Assembly (NCBI RefSeq): GCF_039925265.1
Contig: NZ_JBDSZG010000024.1
Span: forward strand, 15,626-79,625
From: Mucilaginibacter sp.
GTDB taxonomy: Bacteria; Bacteroidota; Bacteroidia; Sphingobacteriales; Sphingobacteriaceae
Reading direction: 5' to 3'
Length of the DNA stretch: 64,000 nt
The first letter of the stretch is position 1. The number at the start of each line of letters is the position of its first letter. Shown here in pieces: positions 31,232 through 40,589 of this stretch. Below the pieces are notes generated by a model. That model was given only the letters and a program-made list of their open reading frames with translations, had not been told where the DNA came from and did no database searches. A program made the translations under genes and the position numbers.

Positions 31232-31929
31232 TGCGCAAGGCAAGCATTCTAAAAAAAATCCTGATCCTGGTAATGATATTAGCATTACCGGGATTTTTAT
31301 ATTATTTGCTAACCGTAAAGGGTAAAAACAGGTATACGCCACTTCCATTTTACGGTAGTAAAACAGTAGCCAAAACCAGCCACCGCGTGCACGGTAAGAA
31401 TATCCCCGATACCATTTACCATAAACTGGATGAGTTTAAGCTAACCGACCAAAATGGCAAACCGGTATCTTTTAAAAACTTTGATAAAAAGGTATTTGTA
31501 GCGGCCTTTTTTTACACCCGCTGCCCCGAGGTTTGCAATACGGTTAACAGTTTTATGGATAGCCTTGATATTAACTACCGTAAGAATAAAATGGTGCATT
31601 TTGTATCCATCACGGTAGACCCGGAATACGATACGCAGCCTGTTTTAAAACAATACGCCGCTAAATTTAAACCGAGCGATAAGTGGCTGTTCTTAACCGG
31701 GGACACAACAACCATATACAACCTGGCCCACAACGGGCTGCTGGTTAACGCAACCAGGGCCGGTGAAGGCAGTTTTATTTTAGATGATAAGCTGATACTG
31801 GTGGACGCGGAAAAGCGTATCAGGGGTTATTACTCCGGCACTTCGCGCGCCGATGTAATGAAGCTGAAGGACGAGATAAAAGTGCTGATAGCTGAAGAGC
31901 TGCGTAAGGTTGATAAAGCGTTGTATTAG
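31231..31929 (+). CDS. SCO family copper chaperone
   Basis: FFYTRCPEVC (CxxxC), SITVDP, LTGD. Confidence 0.9.
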   Translation: MRKASILKKILILVMILALPGFLYYLLTVKGKNRYTPLPFYGSKTVAKTSHRVHGKNIPDTIYHKLDEFKLTDQNGKPVSFKNFDKKVFVAAFFYTRCPEVCNTVNSFMDSLDINYRKNKMVHFVSITVDPEYDTQPVLKQYAAKFKPSDKWLFLTGDTTTIYNLAHNGLLVNATRAGEGSFILDDKLILVDAEKRIRGYYSGTSRADVMKLKDEIKVLIAEELRKVDKALY

Positions 31930-31945
31930 AACCAAGAATTAAGAA

Positions 31946-32015
31946 GCAAGATTCAAGAAGAAAACAATTGCGAACTCATTTAAACATTACAGGCATCTTG
32001 ATTCTTGAATCTTGC
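31946..32015. repeat. Inverted repeat with heptamer-periodic CAAGA arms
   Basis: GCAAGATTCAAGAA (31946-31959) and exact reverse complement TTCTTGAATCTTGC (32002-32015); units CCAAGAA/TTAAGAA/GCAAGAT/TCAAGAA. Confidence 0.75.
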
Positions 32016-32034
32016 CGTCCTGAATCCCTACAAA

Positions 32035-32610
32035 ATGACAGATAAATTCATATTCCGTTTTGTTGCAGGCGTTACCATTTTTGTAATAGCCGTTGTAATT
32101 ATACTTAACCGTCACCTTATACCCGGCCCGGCGGTTGCTCCTTCGTTTACACCATATTTACCCATGCTGAATGCCGTGCTTAACGGTACCTGTAGTATTT
32201 TGCTGTTGGTATCATTATACTTTATTAAGCAAGGTAATATTACGGTGCATAAAAGGCTTAATATTTTAACATTCTGCCTGTCCTCGCTCTTCCTGGTATC
32301 GTACATCTTGTTTCATTACCTCATGCAGCACGATACCCCTTACGGCGATACAAGCGGCGATGGCATTGCCTCGCCCGAAGAGCGGGCCGCTGCCGGCGGA
32401 TTGCGTACCTTATACTTAACAATCCTTGTTCCGCATATTGTATTGGCGGCGGGCGTATTACCGCTTATATTGTTGAGTTTTTACCGCGGCTTGCAAATGC
32501 AGGTAGAAAAACATAAGAAACTGGTAAGATGGGCGTTTCCTATATGGTTGTTCGTTACAGTATCCGGAGTTGTTGTATATTTGATGATCAAACCTTACTA
32601 CCACTTTTAA
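32035..32610 (+). CDS. DUF420 membrane protein
   Basis: NAVLNG, FLVSYILFH, ILVPHIVLA, HKKLVRWAFPIWLFVTVSGVVVY. Confidence 0.88.
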   Translation: MTDKFIFRFVAGVTIFVIAVVIILNRHLIPGPAVAPSFTPYLPMLNAVLNGTCSILLLVSLYFIKQGNITVHKRLNILTFCLSSLFLVSYILFHYLMQHDTPYGDTSGDGIASPEERAAAGGLRTLYLTILVPHIVLAAGVLPLILLSFYRGLQMQVEKHKKLVRWAFPIWLFVTVSGVVVYLMIKPYYHF

Positions 32611-32624
32611 TTTTTTTGAAAAGC

Positions 32625-32900
32625 ATGAAAAAGGTTACTTATTTATTCTTCGCCATAGCATTCAGTTTAATGATCTTAAGCATTGTACCTGCCAAAGCGC
32701 AATGCGCCATGTGCACAGCTGCGGTAGAATCAAACTCTAAAAGTGGTAACCATGCCACTAAAGGATTAAATGCTGGCATTATGTATTTGTTAGCTGCGCC
32801 TTATTTAGCTGTTACTGTTTGTGGTTACATCTGGTATAAAAAATACCGCCGTAAAAATGTTGTCCTTGATATGCACAACGAAAAGCTTAACTTAAATTAA
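32625..32900 (+). CDS. Small membrane-anchored protein with CAMC motif
   Basis: Signal peptide, AQCAMC, then GLNAGIMYL and one TM segment; 91 aa from ATG 32625. Confidence 0.7.
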   Translation: MKKVTYLFFAIAFSLMILSIVPAKAQCAMCTAAVESNSKSGNHATKGLNAGIMYLLAAPYLAVTVCGYIWYKKYRRKNVVLDMHNEKLNLN

Positions 32901-32947
32901 ACTTTACTACAGCTACCCCGTTGTTTAGTAATCATTAATTTTTAGGC

Positions 32948-33610
32948 ATGATCCAGGCACAAACGCTCGATTTTTTAAAGGAGCTTGTAGATAATAATAA
33001 CCGAGAGTGGTTCCAGGCAAATAAAGAACGGTACGACAAGGCGCGCGAAAACCTCATCGGGCTTACAACCATCCTTATCAGCAAAGTACACCAGATAGAC
33101 CCCGGTGTTAGTGCCGACCTCGACCCCAAAAAGAGCGTGATGCGCATTTACCGCGACATTCGTTTCAGCAAAAATAAAACACCTTATAAAAATAATTTTG
33201 GCGTTAGTATACCATCGCATGGCTTAAAACTTGGCGGTGTGGAGTACTATCTGCAGATCCAACCCGGTAAATCATTTATTGCCGGCGGTTACTGGATGCC
33301 CGAAGCCGAACACCTGAAGGCTATTCGCCAGGAGATTGATTATAACGCTGCCGATCTGAAAAAGATAATTGACGAGCCAGGTTTTGTAAAGCTGTTTGGT
33401 GAGTTCAGGAAACAGGAGCAGCTAAAAACTGTTCCGCGCGATTACAGCGCCGATAACGAAAATATTGAACTGCTGAAACTGAAGAGTTTTATAGTTTTTC
33501 ACCAGCTTACAGATAAGGAAGTGCAAAGCGCTACGGCAGCCGAAGATATAGCCGGGCTATGCAATAAGATCTATCCGTTGAATGTTTTCCTGAAGAACGC
33601 AATTGGTTAA
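32948..33610 (+). CDS. DUF2461 family protein
   Basis: NNNREWF, RIYRDIRFSKNKTPYK, AGGYW. Confidence 0.9.
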   Translation: MIQAQTLDFLKELVDNNNREWFQANKERYDKARENLIGLTTILISKVHQIDPGVSADLDPKKSVMRIYRDIRFSKNKTPYKNNFGVSIPSHGLKLGGVEYYLQIQPGKSFIAGGYWMPEAEHLKAIRQEIDYNAADLKKIIDEPGFVKLFGEFRKQEQLKTVPRDYSADNENIELLKLKSFIVFHQLTDKEVQSATAAEDIAGLCNKIYPLNVFLKNAIG

Positions 33611-33628
33611 CCTATATTAAACACTATC

Positions 33629-34456
33629 ATGAAAATTAAACACCTTTTATTAGCCGCAACTTTGATGATGGCGCTGCATTCCTGCGTGGTATTATCGCCC
33701 AAAAAGTACAAAGCGCTGTTGGCCGAACGCGATTCGCTTTCCACCCGTACAGTTAGCCTTGAGACCGAGAAAAGCCAGCTAATGGCAGATACAGCGCGCC
33801 TGCATGGGCAGATAGCCAAACTGAATGGCAACTACAGTGAGTTGGATAAAAAGTATAACAGTTTAGATAAAAACTACAGCGCCAGTTCCTCCAAAGTAAC
33901 CGAGCTTTCTTCTGACCTGCAAAAACGTGAGGCACGCCTGAAAGAGGTAGAAGAGATTTTGCGCAAGCGCGATGAAGCCACAAACGCCCTGAAGGATAAA
34001 CTGCAGAAGGCTTTGCTGGGCTTCCAGCAAAGCGGCCTGAGCGTAGATATCCGCAATGGCAAGGTGTACGTATCTCTGACAGATAAATTGTTGTTCCCGT
34101 CGGGGAGTATCGTTATCGACGAGAAGGGTAAACAAGCCTTAAAATCACTTGCTGCCGTTTTAAATAAAGAAGCCGATATTAACATCGCGGTAGAAGGGCA
34201 CACCGATAATAAGAAAGTAAAAAACCTTGGCCAGATAAAAGATAACTGGGACCTGAGCGTACTGCGTTCAACATCCGTAACCCGTTATTTAACCGAGATT
34301 GAAATGATAGACCCAAAAAGGCTTACCGCCACAGGCAAAGGCGAGTTTCAGCCGATAGATACCGGCGCAACACCGGAAGCGCTATCCAAAAACCGCCGGA
34401 TAGAAATTGTGCTAACGCCGAAACTGGATGAGTTATATAACCTCATCACCAAATAA
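33629..34456 (+). CDS. OmpA/MotB-domain lipoprotein with coiled-coil stalk
   Basis: Lipobox LHSC, long coiled coil, VEGHTD, NWDLSVLR, NRRIEI. Confidence 0.88.
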   Translation: MKIKHLLLAATLMMALHSCVVLSPKKYKALLAERDSLSTRTVSLETEKSQLMADTARLHGQIAKLNGNYSELDKKYNSLDKNYSASSSKVTELSSDLQKREARLKEVEEILRKRDEATNALKDKLQKALLGFQQSGLSVDIRNGKVYVSLTDKLLFPSGSIVIDEKGKQALKSLAAVLNKEADINIAVEGHTDNKKVKNLGQIKDNWDLSVLRSTSVTRYLTEIEMIDPKRLTATGKGEFQPIDTGATPEALSKNRRIEIVLTPKLDELYNLITK

Positions 34457-34768
34457 ACGTCATTAATATTCAAATTAAAATCCTTCGACAAAGAGCAATA
34501 GCCCATAAGAAGTGTTTATTAAATTTCTTTACGGATTCATAATAAAAGATTTTGAATTTATGGTGACACGATTATTCCAAAAAAAATGTTAACCCTGTGT
34601 TTTTTTAACTTATTGATTATCAAATAATTGAAAAACATTTATTGAAATTGTGTTAAGTTATGTTAACCCTAAGCAAGCATGTTTGATAGTTAATAAAATG
34701 GGTAGAATGAACTGCCTTTGAATGCGCTATAGTCCTGCAAAGGAGATTTTTGTTTAGGGTATGGTGAG

Positions 34769-34796
34769 GCAACCATCAGCGGCTGCCAAGCGTATT
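34769..34796 (+). promoter_or_regulatory. Putative ECF sigma promoter (site 1)
   Basis: GCAACC-16 nt-CGTATT; one of seven matches. Confidence 0.75.
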
Positions 34797-34817
34797 TGGT
34801 GTAGATACCCGCGCCCC

Positions 34818-36491
34818 TTGAAACAAATTTTAAAAAGCATCTTCCTTATCCTCACTCCGCAGGAAAAAAACAAGCTGTTTAAGCTCATCGCTTTTGATGT
34901 GCTGATAGCTTTGCTGGATATTGCTTTCCTGGCGTCTTTGTTGGTTGTTATCAATTTTTATACGCAGGTATCCGGTGCAAACAAGCTTGCCTTTTTACCA
35001 CAATGGCTGGCCGATAACAAGTCGCTCAAATTGATCGGTTTGTTTTTGTTGCTGTTTGCCTGCAAGAATGCTTTAGGATTTTTTGGGCAAAGGTCGCAGC
35101 ATCATTTTTTCTACCGGGTGGCGTCGCGGTTGTCGGCACGGAATATTGGTAATTATTTACGCGGTGGGTATCAGCAGTTTGTGCATACCAATTCATCGGT
35201 ACACACCCGCCGTATCAGCAATCAGCCTATCGAGTTTAGTCACTACATTTTAACCAACTTTCAGCAGCTTGTATCGCAAACCTTGCTGATAATTTTTACC
35301 GTTGTTGCCATCCTGTTTTATCACCCTTCGCTATTTTTGATCATGCTTCTGTTGTTGCTGCCCCCGGTTGTGCTATTGGGGCTGTACACTCGTAAACGGC
35401 AGGCGGCGTTAAGGCATCAAACTAAAACAGCCAGCGCGAAAACCATCCAGCATCTGAACGAATCATTGTCCGGCTATGTGGAAAGCAACATGTATGATAA
35501 GGATGATTTTTTTAGCGACAGGTATTTAAACTACCAGCAGCAACTGAATAATACCATCGCCGCGCAACAAACCTGGCAAAGCCTGCCCGGCCGTTTAATG
35601 GAAGTTTTTGCGGTACTGGGCTTTTTAATATTGGTGGGCATTAGCAAGTACATCACCAACGCACCGGGCATTGGCATGTTAACCATTGGCATATTTATGG
35701 CCGCGGCTTACAAAGTAATACCGGGCATTGTTAAAATAATGAACAGCACCGGGCAAATGAAAACCTATGCCTTTATCCTGGAAGACCTGGTTGCCGATAA
35801 CGAAGTAAAACGTGCCGGGCCGGGCGAAAAAGTAAATACTATCCGGCAGGTTAAATTTGAAGGAATTAGTTTCGGTTACCAATCCCGACCGGTGTTGGAT
35901 GACCTGAACTTTGAAATAGCCCAGGGCGATATGATGGGTATCTCCGCAGATTCCGGCAAAGGCAAAACCACTATCATTAACTTATTGCTGGGATTTTTAA
36001 AATATGATAGCGGCTCTATTCACATAAATAATCGCGTTGCCGATACCGAAAGCTTTAATGCTTACCGTAAAAATATCTCTCTTGTAAAGCAGCAGCCCTT
36101 TCTTATTCACGATTCTATCCAAAATAATATTACGCTGAGCGATGATATTGCCGACCAGGCCCGGCTTGCGTATGCTGTGGAGTTTTGCGGATTGGATGAG
36201 TTTGTGGAAAAATACCCGGAAGGGTTCGATCATTTGATAACCGAGAACGGTAAGAACATCAGCGGGGGACAAAGGCAACGGCTGATGCTGGCAAGGGCGC
36301 TGTACCATGATTTTGACCTGCTGATACTGGATGAACCTTTTAGCGAAATGGACAGTAAGGGGGAGCAGGAAATCCTCGCGAAGCTAAACCAACTGGCCAA
36401 ACAGGGTAAAATGATCATCCTGATAACACATAATAAAGCAAGCCTTGCTTTTTGCAATAAAATAATTTTATTAGAGGGGGCATATGCCTGA
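34818..36491 (+). CDS. ABC exporter, fused permease/ATPase (MsbA/PglK/HepA-like)
   Basis: TM N-half, Walker A ADSGKGKT, ISGGQRQR, LILDEP, ITH; no C39 peptidase domain. Start placed at TTG 34818 because ATG 34761 lies upstream of the promoter motif. Confidence 0.88.
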   Translation: MKQILKSIFLILTPQEKNKLFKLIAFDVLIALLDIAFLASLLVVINFYTQVSGANKLAFLPQWLADNKSLKLIGLFLLLFACKNALGFFGQRSQHHFFYRVASRLSARNIGNYLRGGYQQFVHTNSSVHTRRISNQPIEFSHYILTNFQQLVSQTLLIIFTVVAILFYHPSLFLIMLLLLLPPVVLLGLYTRKRQAALRHQTKTASAKTIQHLNESLSGYVESNMYDKDDFFSDRYLNYQQQLNNTIAAQQTWQSLPGRLMEVFAVLGFLILVGISKYITNAPGIGMLTIGIFMAAAYKVIPGIVKIMNSTGQMKTYAFILEDLVADNEVKRAGPGEKVNTIRQVKFEGISFGYQSRPVLDDLNFEIAQGDMMGISADSGKGKTTIINLLLGFLKYDSGSIHINNRVADTESFNAYRKNISLVKQQPFLIHDSIQNNITLSDDIADQARLAYAVEFCGLDEFVEKYPEGFDHLITENGKNISGGQRQRLMLARALYHDFDLLILDEPFSEMDSKGEQEILAKLNQLAKQGKMIILITHNKASLAFCNKIILLEGAYA

Positions 36492-37539
36492 AACGCTGAT
36501 CATCCTCACGCCCGGTTTCCCTGCGGATGAAGCAGATACCACCTGCATTCCGCCACAGCAGGTTTTTGTTAAAGCACTAAAGGATAACTACCCTAAGCTG
36601 CGGATCATTATCCTGAGTTTTCAATATCCCTTCCAGGAGAAGGAATACCTATGGCATGGGATAAAGGTAATTGCCTTTGGCGGGCAAGGCAAAGGAGGGG
36701 CCAATAGAATGGTGACCTGGTTTAAAGTGTGGCAATGTTTACGGGCGATAAAGGAACGGCATAAACCCATCGGCATACTTAGTTTTTGGCTGGGCGAAGT
36801 TGCTTTTGTGGGTAGCCTTTTTGCGAAATGGAACAAGCTGAAGCATTATAGCTGGCTGCTTGGCCAGGACGCGAAAGCCGGTAACAAATACGCGCGCCGG
36901 ATAAAGCCCCAAAGCCCCGGCCTCATCGCCATTTCAGATTTTATTGTAACCCAGTACCAGCAAAATTATGGTATAAAGCCCGGGCAGGTGATCCCGGTGG
37001 GCGTTTCCCCGCAACCTTTTAAAAATGTTGGCGATGCGAGGGATATCGGCCTCCTGGCGGCCGGGTCGTTAATCCCTTTAAAGCGGTACCATTTGTTTGT
37101 GGAGTTGGTAAAAGAATTAAAAAAAGACCACCCCAATATCCGTGCTGTTCTTTGCGGCGCCGGCCCCGAAATGGAACGCCTGCGCGCTTTGGTAGCAGAA
37201 CTTGAATTGCAAGATAATTTAACAATAAAAGGAGAACTGCCTCATCAACAGGTGCTGGATCTGATGCAGCATGCAAAGGTGTTTGTGCACCCATCCGAAT
37301 ACGAAGGTTTCAGCACCGTTTGCCTGGAAGCGCTTGATGCAGGCGCCGGGGTGGTTAGCTTCATCAAAGCAATGAATGCGGATATCCCAAACTGGCACAT
37401 CGCCAACACACCTGAAGAAATGCACCGGATTGTTGGAGAATTGCTGAATGATGATACACGAAAGTACCAGCCAGCAGTGCCCTATTCTGTCAATGAAAGC
37501 GCAAAAACGATGATGGCTTTGTTTAATTACAGCGAATGA
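36484..37539 (+). CDS. Glycosyltransferase, GT4/GT-B
   Basis: GSLIPLKR, GELPH, HPSEYEGFSTVCLEAL. Confidence 0.88.
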   Translation: MPETLIILTPGFPADEADTTCIPPQQVFVKALKDNYPKLRIIILSFQYPFQEKEYLWHGIKVIAFGGQGKGGANRMVTWFKVWQCLRAIKERHKPIGILSFWLGEVAFVGSLFAKWNKLKHYSWLLGQDAKAGNKYARRIKPQSPGLIAISDFIVTQYQQNYGIKPGQVIPVGVSPQPFKNVGDARDIGLLAAGSLIPLKRYHLFVELVKELKKDHPNIRAVLCGAGPEMERLRALVAELELQDNLTIKGELPHQQVLDLMQHAKVFVHPSEYEGFSTVCLEALDAGAGVVSFIKAMNADIPNWHIANTPEEMHRIVGELLNDDTRKYQPAVPYSVNESAKTMMALFNYSE

Positions 37540-38630
37540 GCTATCTGCTCTATTTGCCGGGCGATGGCTTCGAAAGAGAGCGTTGTTTTAAAATACTCCA
37601 GCGAGCGTTTTCGTTTATCCCAAAGATCTATTTGCCTGGTTTTATTCAGGGCTTCCAGTAAAGCCTCCTCACTGCCGGGTGTGTAAAGAATGCCGCAATC
37701 GCCGTTATTGGTGATCATCCTGAACGAAAGTATATCTGTAACAACCGGCACGCACCCGCATGACATAGCCTCGCAAACCGAGGCCCCGCTTCCCTCATAA
37801 TGCGAACCGGAAATAATAAAATCGGCACTGTTAAACCAATATAAAAGTTCGTGATGAGGGACCTTGCCAACCAATACTACCGTACGTGAAAGCTGGGGGC
37901 TGCTTGACAGCAGCGCCTGAATAGTGTGCAGTAATTCATCGGTATGGTAGATCATGTAGAGCTTTGCGTTTGGCTCCTGGTGGGTAAATTTTAAAAATGC
38001 CTTAACCACATTCACAGGGTCTTTATTGGCGTTTAAACGGCCCACCCACAAAAATACAGGGTTACCCGTTATACCGGTTTTAAGTTTGGCTACCTCCCCG
38101 TTTACCGGGTAAAATACCGAAGATACCTCCATCGCCTCATGGATCTTAGCTGCTGAGGCTAAATTCCCGACAGCTACCCATTCTACTCCCATGGCATATG
38201 ACGCAAATACATAAGCATCAATATAGTTATCGGCTAAGCGCTGGAGCTGTTTTTTTAAGCCGGTTGCGGGTCGCTCAGCGTGGTTTTGCACCATTATTTT
38301 TACCCGCTTACCCAGTACAAGACGCAGCAACATCACCTGTAAGGGGAAATGAAGGCTTTGAATAACCACTACATCGGGCTGCAGGCTTTTAATAAACTGG
38401 TTTAACTTGCGGGGATAGTACCGCAAAGCGGCTGCCGGGTATCGTTTAAAGTGGTAGTCGACCCCGCCGCTAAAATGCCGGCCCTCATAATCTATTTGTT
38501 CTATACTGACTACTTCGTTGGTACGACTAAGCGCTCCCTGTATGCCGGCGTAGGCATTGATGCGTTTTAGCCAGGCATCGGGCTCGTGAAAGTTAGGGGT
38601 ATAAACGTAGCTTGCAAAAACAAATCTCAT
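37527..38630 (-). CDS. Glycosyltransferase, GT4/GT-B
   Basis: VGRLNANK, GKVPH, SHYEGSGASVCEAMSCG. Confidence 0.9.
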   Translation of the reverse strand: MRFVFASYVYTPNFHEPDAWLKRINAYAGIQGALSRTNEVVSIEQIDYEGRHFSGGVDYHFKRYPAAALRYYPRKLNQFIKSLQPDVVVIQSLHFPLQVMLLRLVLGKRVKIMVQNHAERPATGLKKQLQRLADNYIDAYVFASYAMGVEWVAVGNLASAAKIHEAMEVSSVFYPVNGEVAKLKTGITGNPVFLWVGRLNANKDPVNVVKAFLKFTHQEPNAKLYMIYHTDELLHTIQALLSSSPQLSRTVVLVGKVPHHELLYWFNSADFIISGSHYEGSGASVCEAMSCGCVPVVTDILSFRMITNNGDCGILYTPGSEEALLEALNKTRQIDLWDKRKRSLEYFKTTLSFEAIARQIEQIAHSL

Positions 38631-38642
38631 GAAGAGGGCGCG

Positions 38643-39611
38643 TTAAAAAATATCAATATCGGCAAAGGTAAAAGCGAGTTTATCTGCAGGGATGCCCGAG
38701 CCCATATCCTTAATGGCGATGGTAAAAGAGGGAATTGGCTGAGCATATTTTTGCAACATGGCGTGTAAGCGGCTTTTTGCACACACCTGGAACTGTAATT
38801 GCTGCAGCCCAAGGCGTTTGGTTAATTTAAGTAATTTTGCCACTACTTCATCCATATTGTCGCCAAGGCCGGTTATGTCGCCAACTATCAGTCCGTTTTT
38901 TATTTTGAACCATACCCGTGCTTGTCCAATTTGCACGGTGTGGGTGTAGGCATAACCTTTATAGGTTAAAAATTCTTCGTCACGATAAACCCCGCCATAA
39001 CCCTCGCCCAGTACAGAATTACTGATGCCCGAGGGTTGCTTTTCGGCTTTAATTACGAGGTTTAAATAAGCATCGTAAAGCGGTTTCGCCACATTGAATT
39101 TCGTGGCGAACTTTTCTAAAGGGATCGCCTTAACCGGGATAGTGAAACGCTCGAGACAACCCACCGCTTCCCAGCCAAGCTTGTTGATAAAGCCGGGCAA
39201 TGAGTTTTGATTAGGAAAGCCGAATATCAACCGGATACCTTCTGCACGACACAGGCTATAAGTTTGGTTAGCAAGCGCGACAAACAGTCCCTTATTGCGG
39301 TGCTCGGGGTGTGTCATGGTATCGGCAGATTGCCCGGCCAGCGTTAAGCGCCCACCATGATCCACAAAGCAGGGGAGTACCCCATAAAATGCTACAGGCA
39401 GGTCGGTTTGATCATAAGCAAGGTAGCCTACATAGGTTACTACCGTAAAGGCAGTGTTATATTTTTTCAGTAAGAAATCGCGGTTCAGCAGCTTATCGTA
39501 AACTGCCATGTGCAGGTAAACCAGGTCATTTAGTTTATCCACGCTAAACCGCTCTACACGGTAGCCACCCGCTATGGTTTTACCCTCAGTATGTGCCTCT
39601 AACGTTTGCAT
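38643..39611 (-). CDS. GNAT-family N-acyltransferase
   Basis: DTMTHPEHRNKGLF acyl-CoA-binding motif, FGFPNQNS...LGW. Confidence 0.82.
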   Translation of the reverse strand: MQTLEAHTEGKTIAGGYRVERFSVDKLNDLVYLHMAVYDKLLNRDFLLKKYNTAFTVVTYVGYLAYDQTDLPVAFYGVLPCFVDHGGRLTLAGQSADTMTHPEHRNKGLFVALANQTYSLCRAEGIRLIFGFPNQNSLPGFINKLGWEAVGCLERFTIPVKAIPLEKFATKFNVAKPLYDAYLNLVIKAEKQPSGISNSVLGEGYGGVYRDEEFLTYKGYAYTHTVQIGQARVWFKIKNGLIVGDITGLGDNMDEVVAKLLKLTKRLGLQQLQFQVCAKSRLHAMLQKYAQPIPSFTIAIKDMGSGIPADKLAFTFADIDIF

Positions 39612-40587
39612 ACATTTGGTTTGTGGTTGATATAAAAGGATTTATGGTGAGGCGTTCGCGCATCGCAGGCTCTGCTCCGTCCTCGGCATGATGATAATCG
39701 GTAGCTAACAATTGTGTATACCCACAGGCTTTAGCCGCGTTAACTACAGCCTGGTTATAACTGCCGTAGGGGAAGGCAATACTGTTCACGGCCTTGCCCG
39801 TTACACTTTCCAGGTATTGTTTGCTTTGTGCAAGCTCTTTTGCAGCTTCAGCAGCGGTTATTCCCGCGAGGTCGTTATGGTAATACCCATGCGAGCCAAT
39901 GGTTACATAAGGCGAGGCCGCCATTTGTTTAATTTGATCGGCAGTCATTTGCAACCAATAATCCTGGTGCTCCTTGTTTTTGCGGAAGGGACACAATTTA
40001 TCCAGCAGGCGCATTAGTTCCGCCTTATCGGAAAAGCCGAATCGTCGTAGTTTTACATTCAGGCTTATGCCTTCGGCATCAACGTAATGGCGATAGGTGT
40101 TTTTGTGATACGATCGATCTTTAAAAGTTAAAACCGCCGGGCCATATTTGCCCGCAATGCTCAGCATATCGTTCCATAAAATATCGTAGCCGGCGGCACT
40201 GGCGGCCGTCACAAAAAAAGTTGCAGGTACCCGGTATTTATGGAGCAGGGGTAGCGCGTAGGCGTAGTTATTTGCAAACCCGTCGTCAAAAGTGAGGCAG
40301 ATATTGAATTTTTCTTCAGAAAAACGCTGTAAGTAAAAGTCGTCCATCGAAACTAAATTGAAGTATCTTTTGTAATAACTAAGATGTCGCTCAAAAGTTT
40401 GCAGGGTAATAAAAAGGGTATTGAACTTGGTGGGGGCGTTTTGGCAGATCCCATGATAGGCTAATATGCGGCTACCCCGGGCACTTTTGTAATAGTTTTT
40501 ATCCACCCCCATAATATGAGAGATGTCGCCTTGTATGTAGCGTGCCCTGCGGCTGGTTTTGGTAATTATTTTCTCTAATACGCTCAT
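39586..40587 (-). CDS. Polysaccharide deacetylase (CE4/NodB-like)
   Basis: LTFDDG, ATFFV, IGSHGYYH, AFPYG. Confidence 0.88.
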   Translation of the reverse strand: MSVLEKIITKTSRRARYIQGDISHIMGVDKNYYKSARGSRILAYHGICQNAPTKFNTLFITLQTFERHLSYYKRYFNLVSMDDFYLQRFSEEKFNICLTFDDGFANNYAYALPLLHKYRVPATFFVTAASAAGYDILWNDMLSIAGKYGPAVLTFKDRSYHKNTYRHYVDAEGISLNVKLRRFGFSDKAELMRLLDKLCPFRKNKEHQDYWLQMTADQIKQMAASPYVTIGSHGYYHNDLAGITAAEAAKELAQSKQYLESVTGKAVNSIAFPYGSYNQAVVNAAKACGYTQLLATDYHHAEDGAEPAMRERLTINPFISTTNQMYANVRGTY

Positions 40588-40589
40588 AG

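Noticed and set aside
33629-34456. Flagellar motor MotB
   Set aside because: It has a lipoprotein signal rather than a MotB TM plug, and there are no motA or flagellar genes; treated as a generic OmpA-domain lipoprotein.
34761-34817. N-terminal extension of the ABC transporter in the ORF track
   Set aside because: It spans the promoter motif and has atypical composition; TTG 34818 is preferred.
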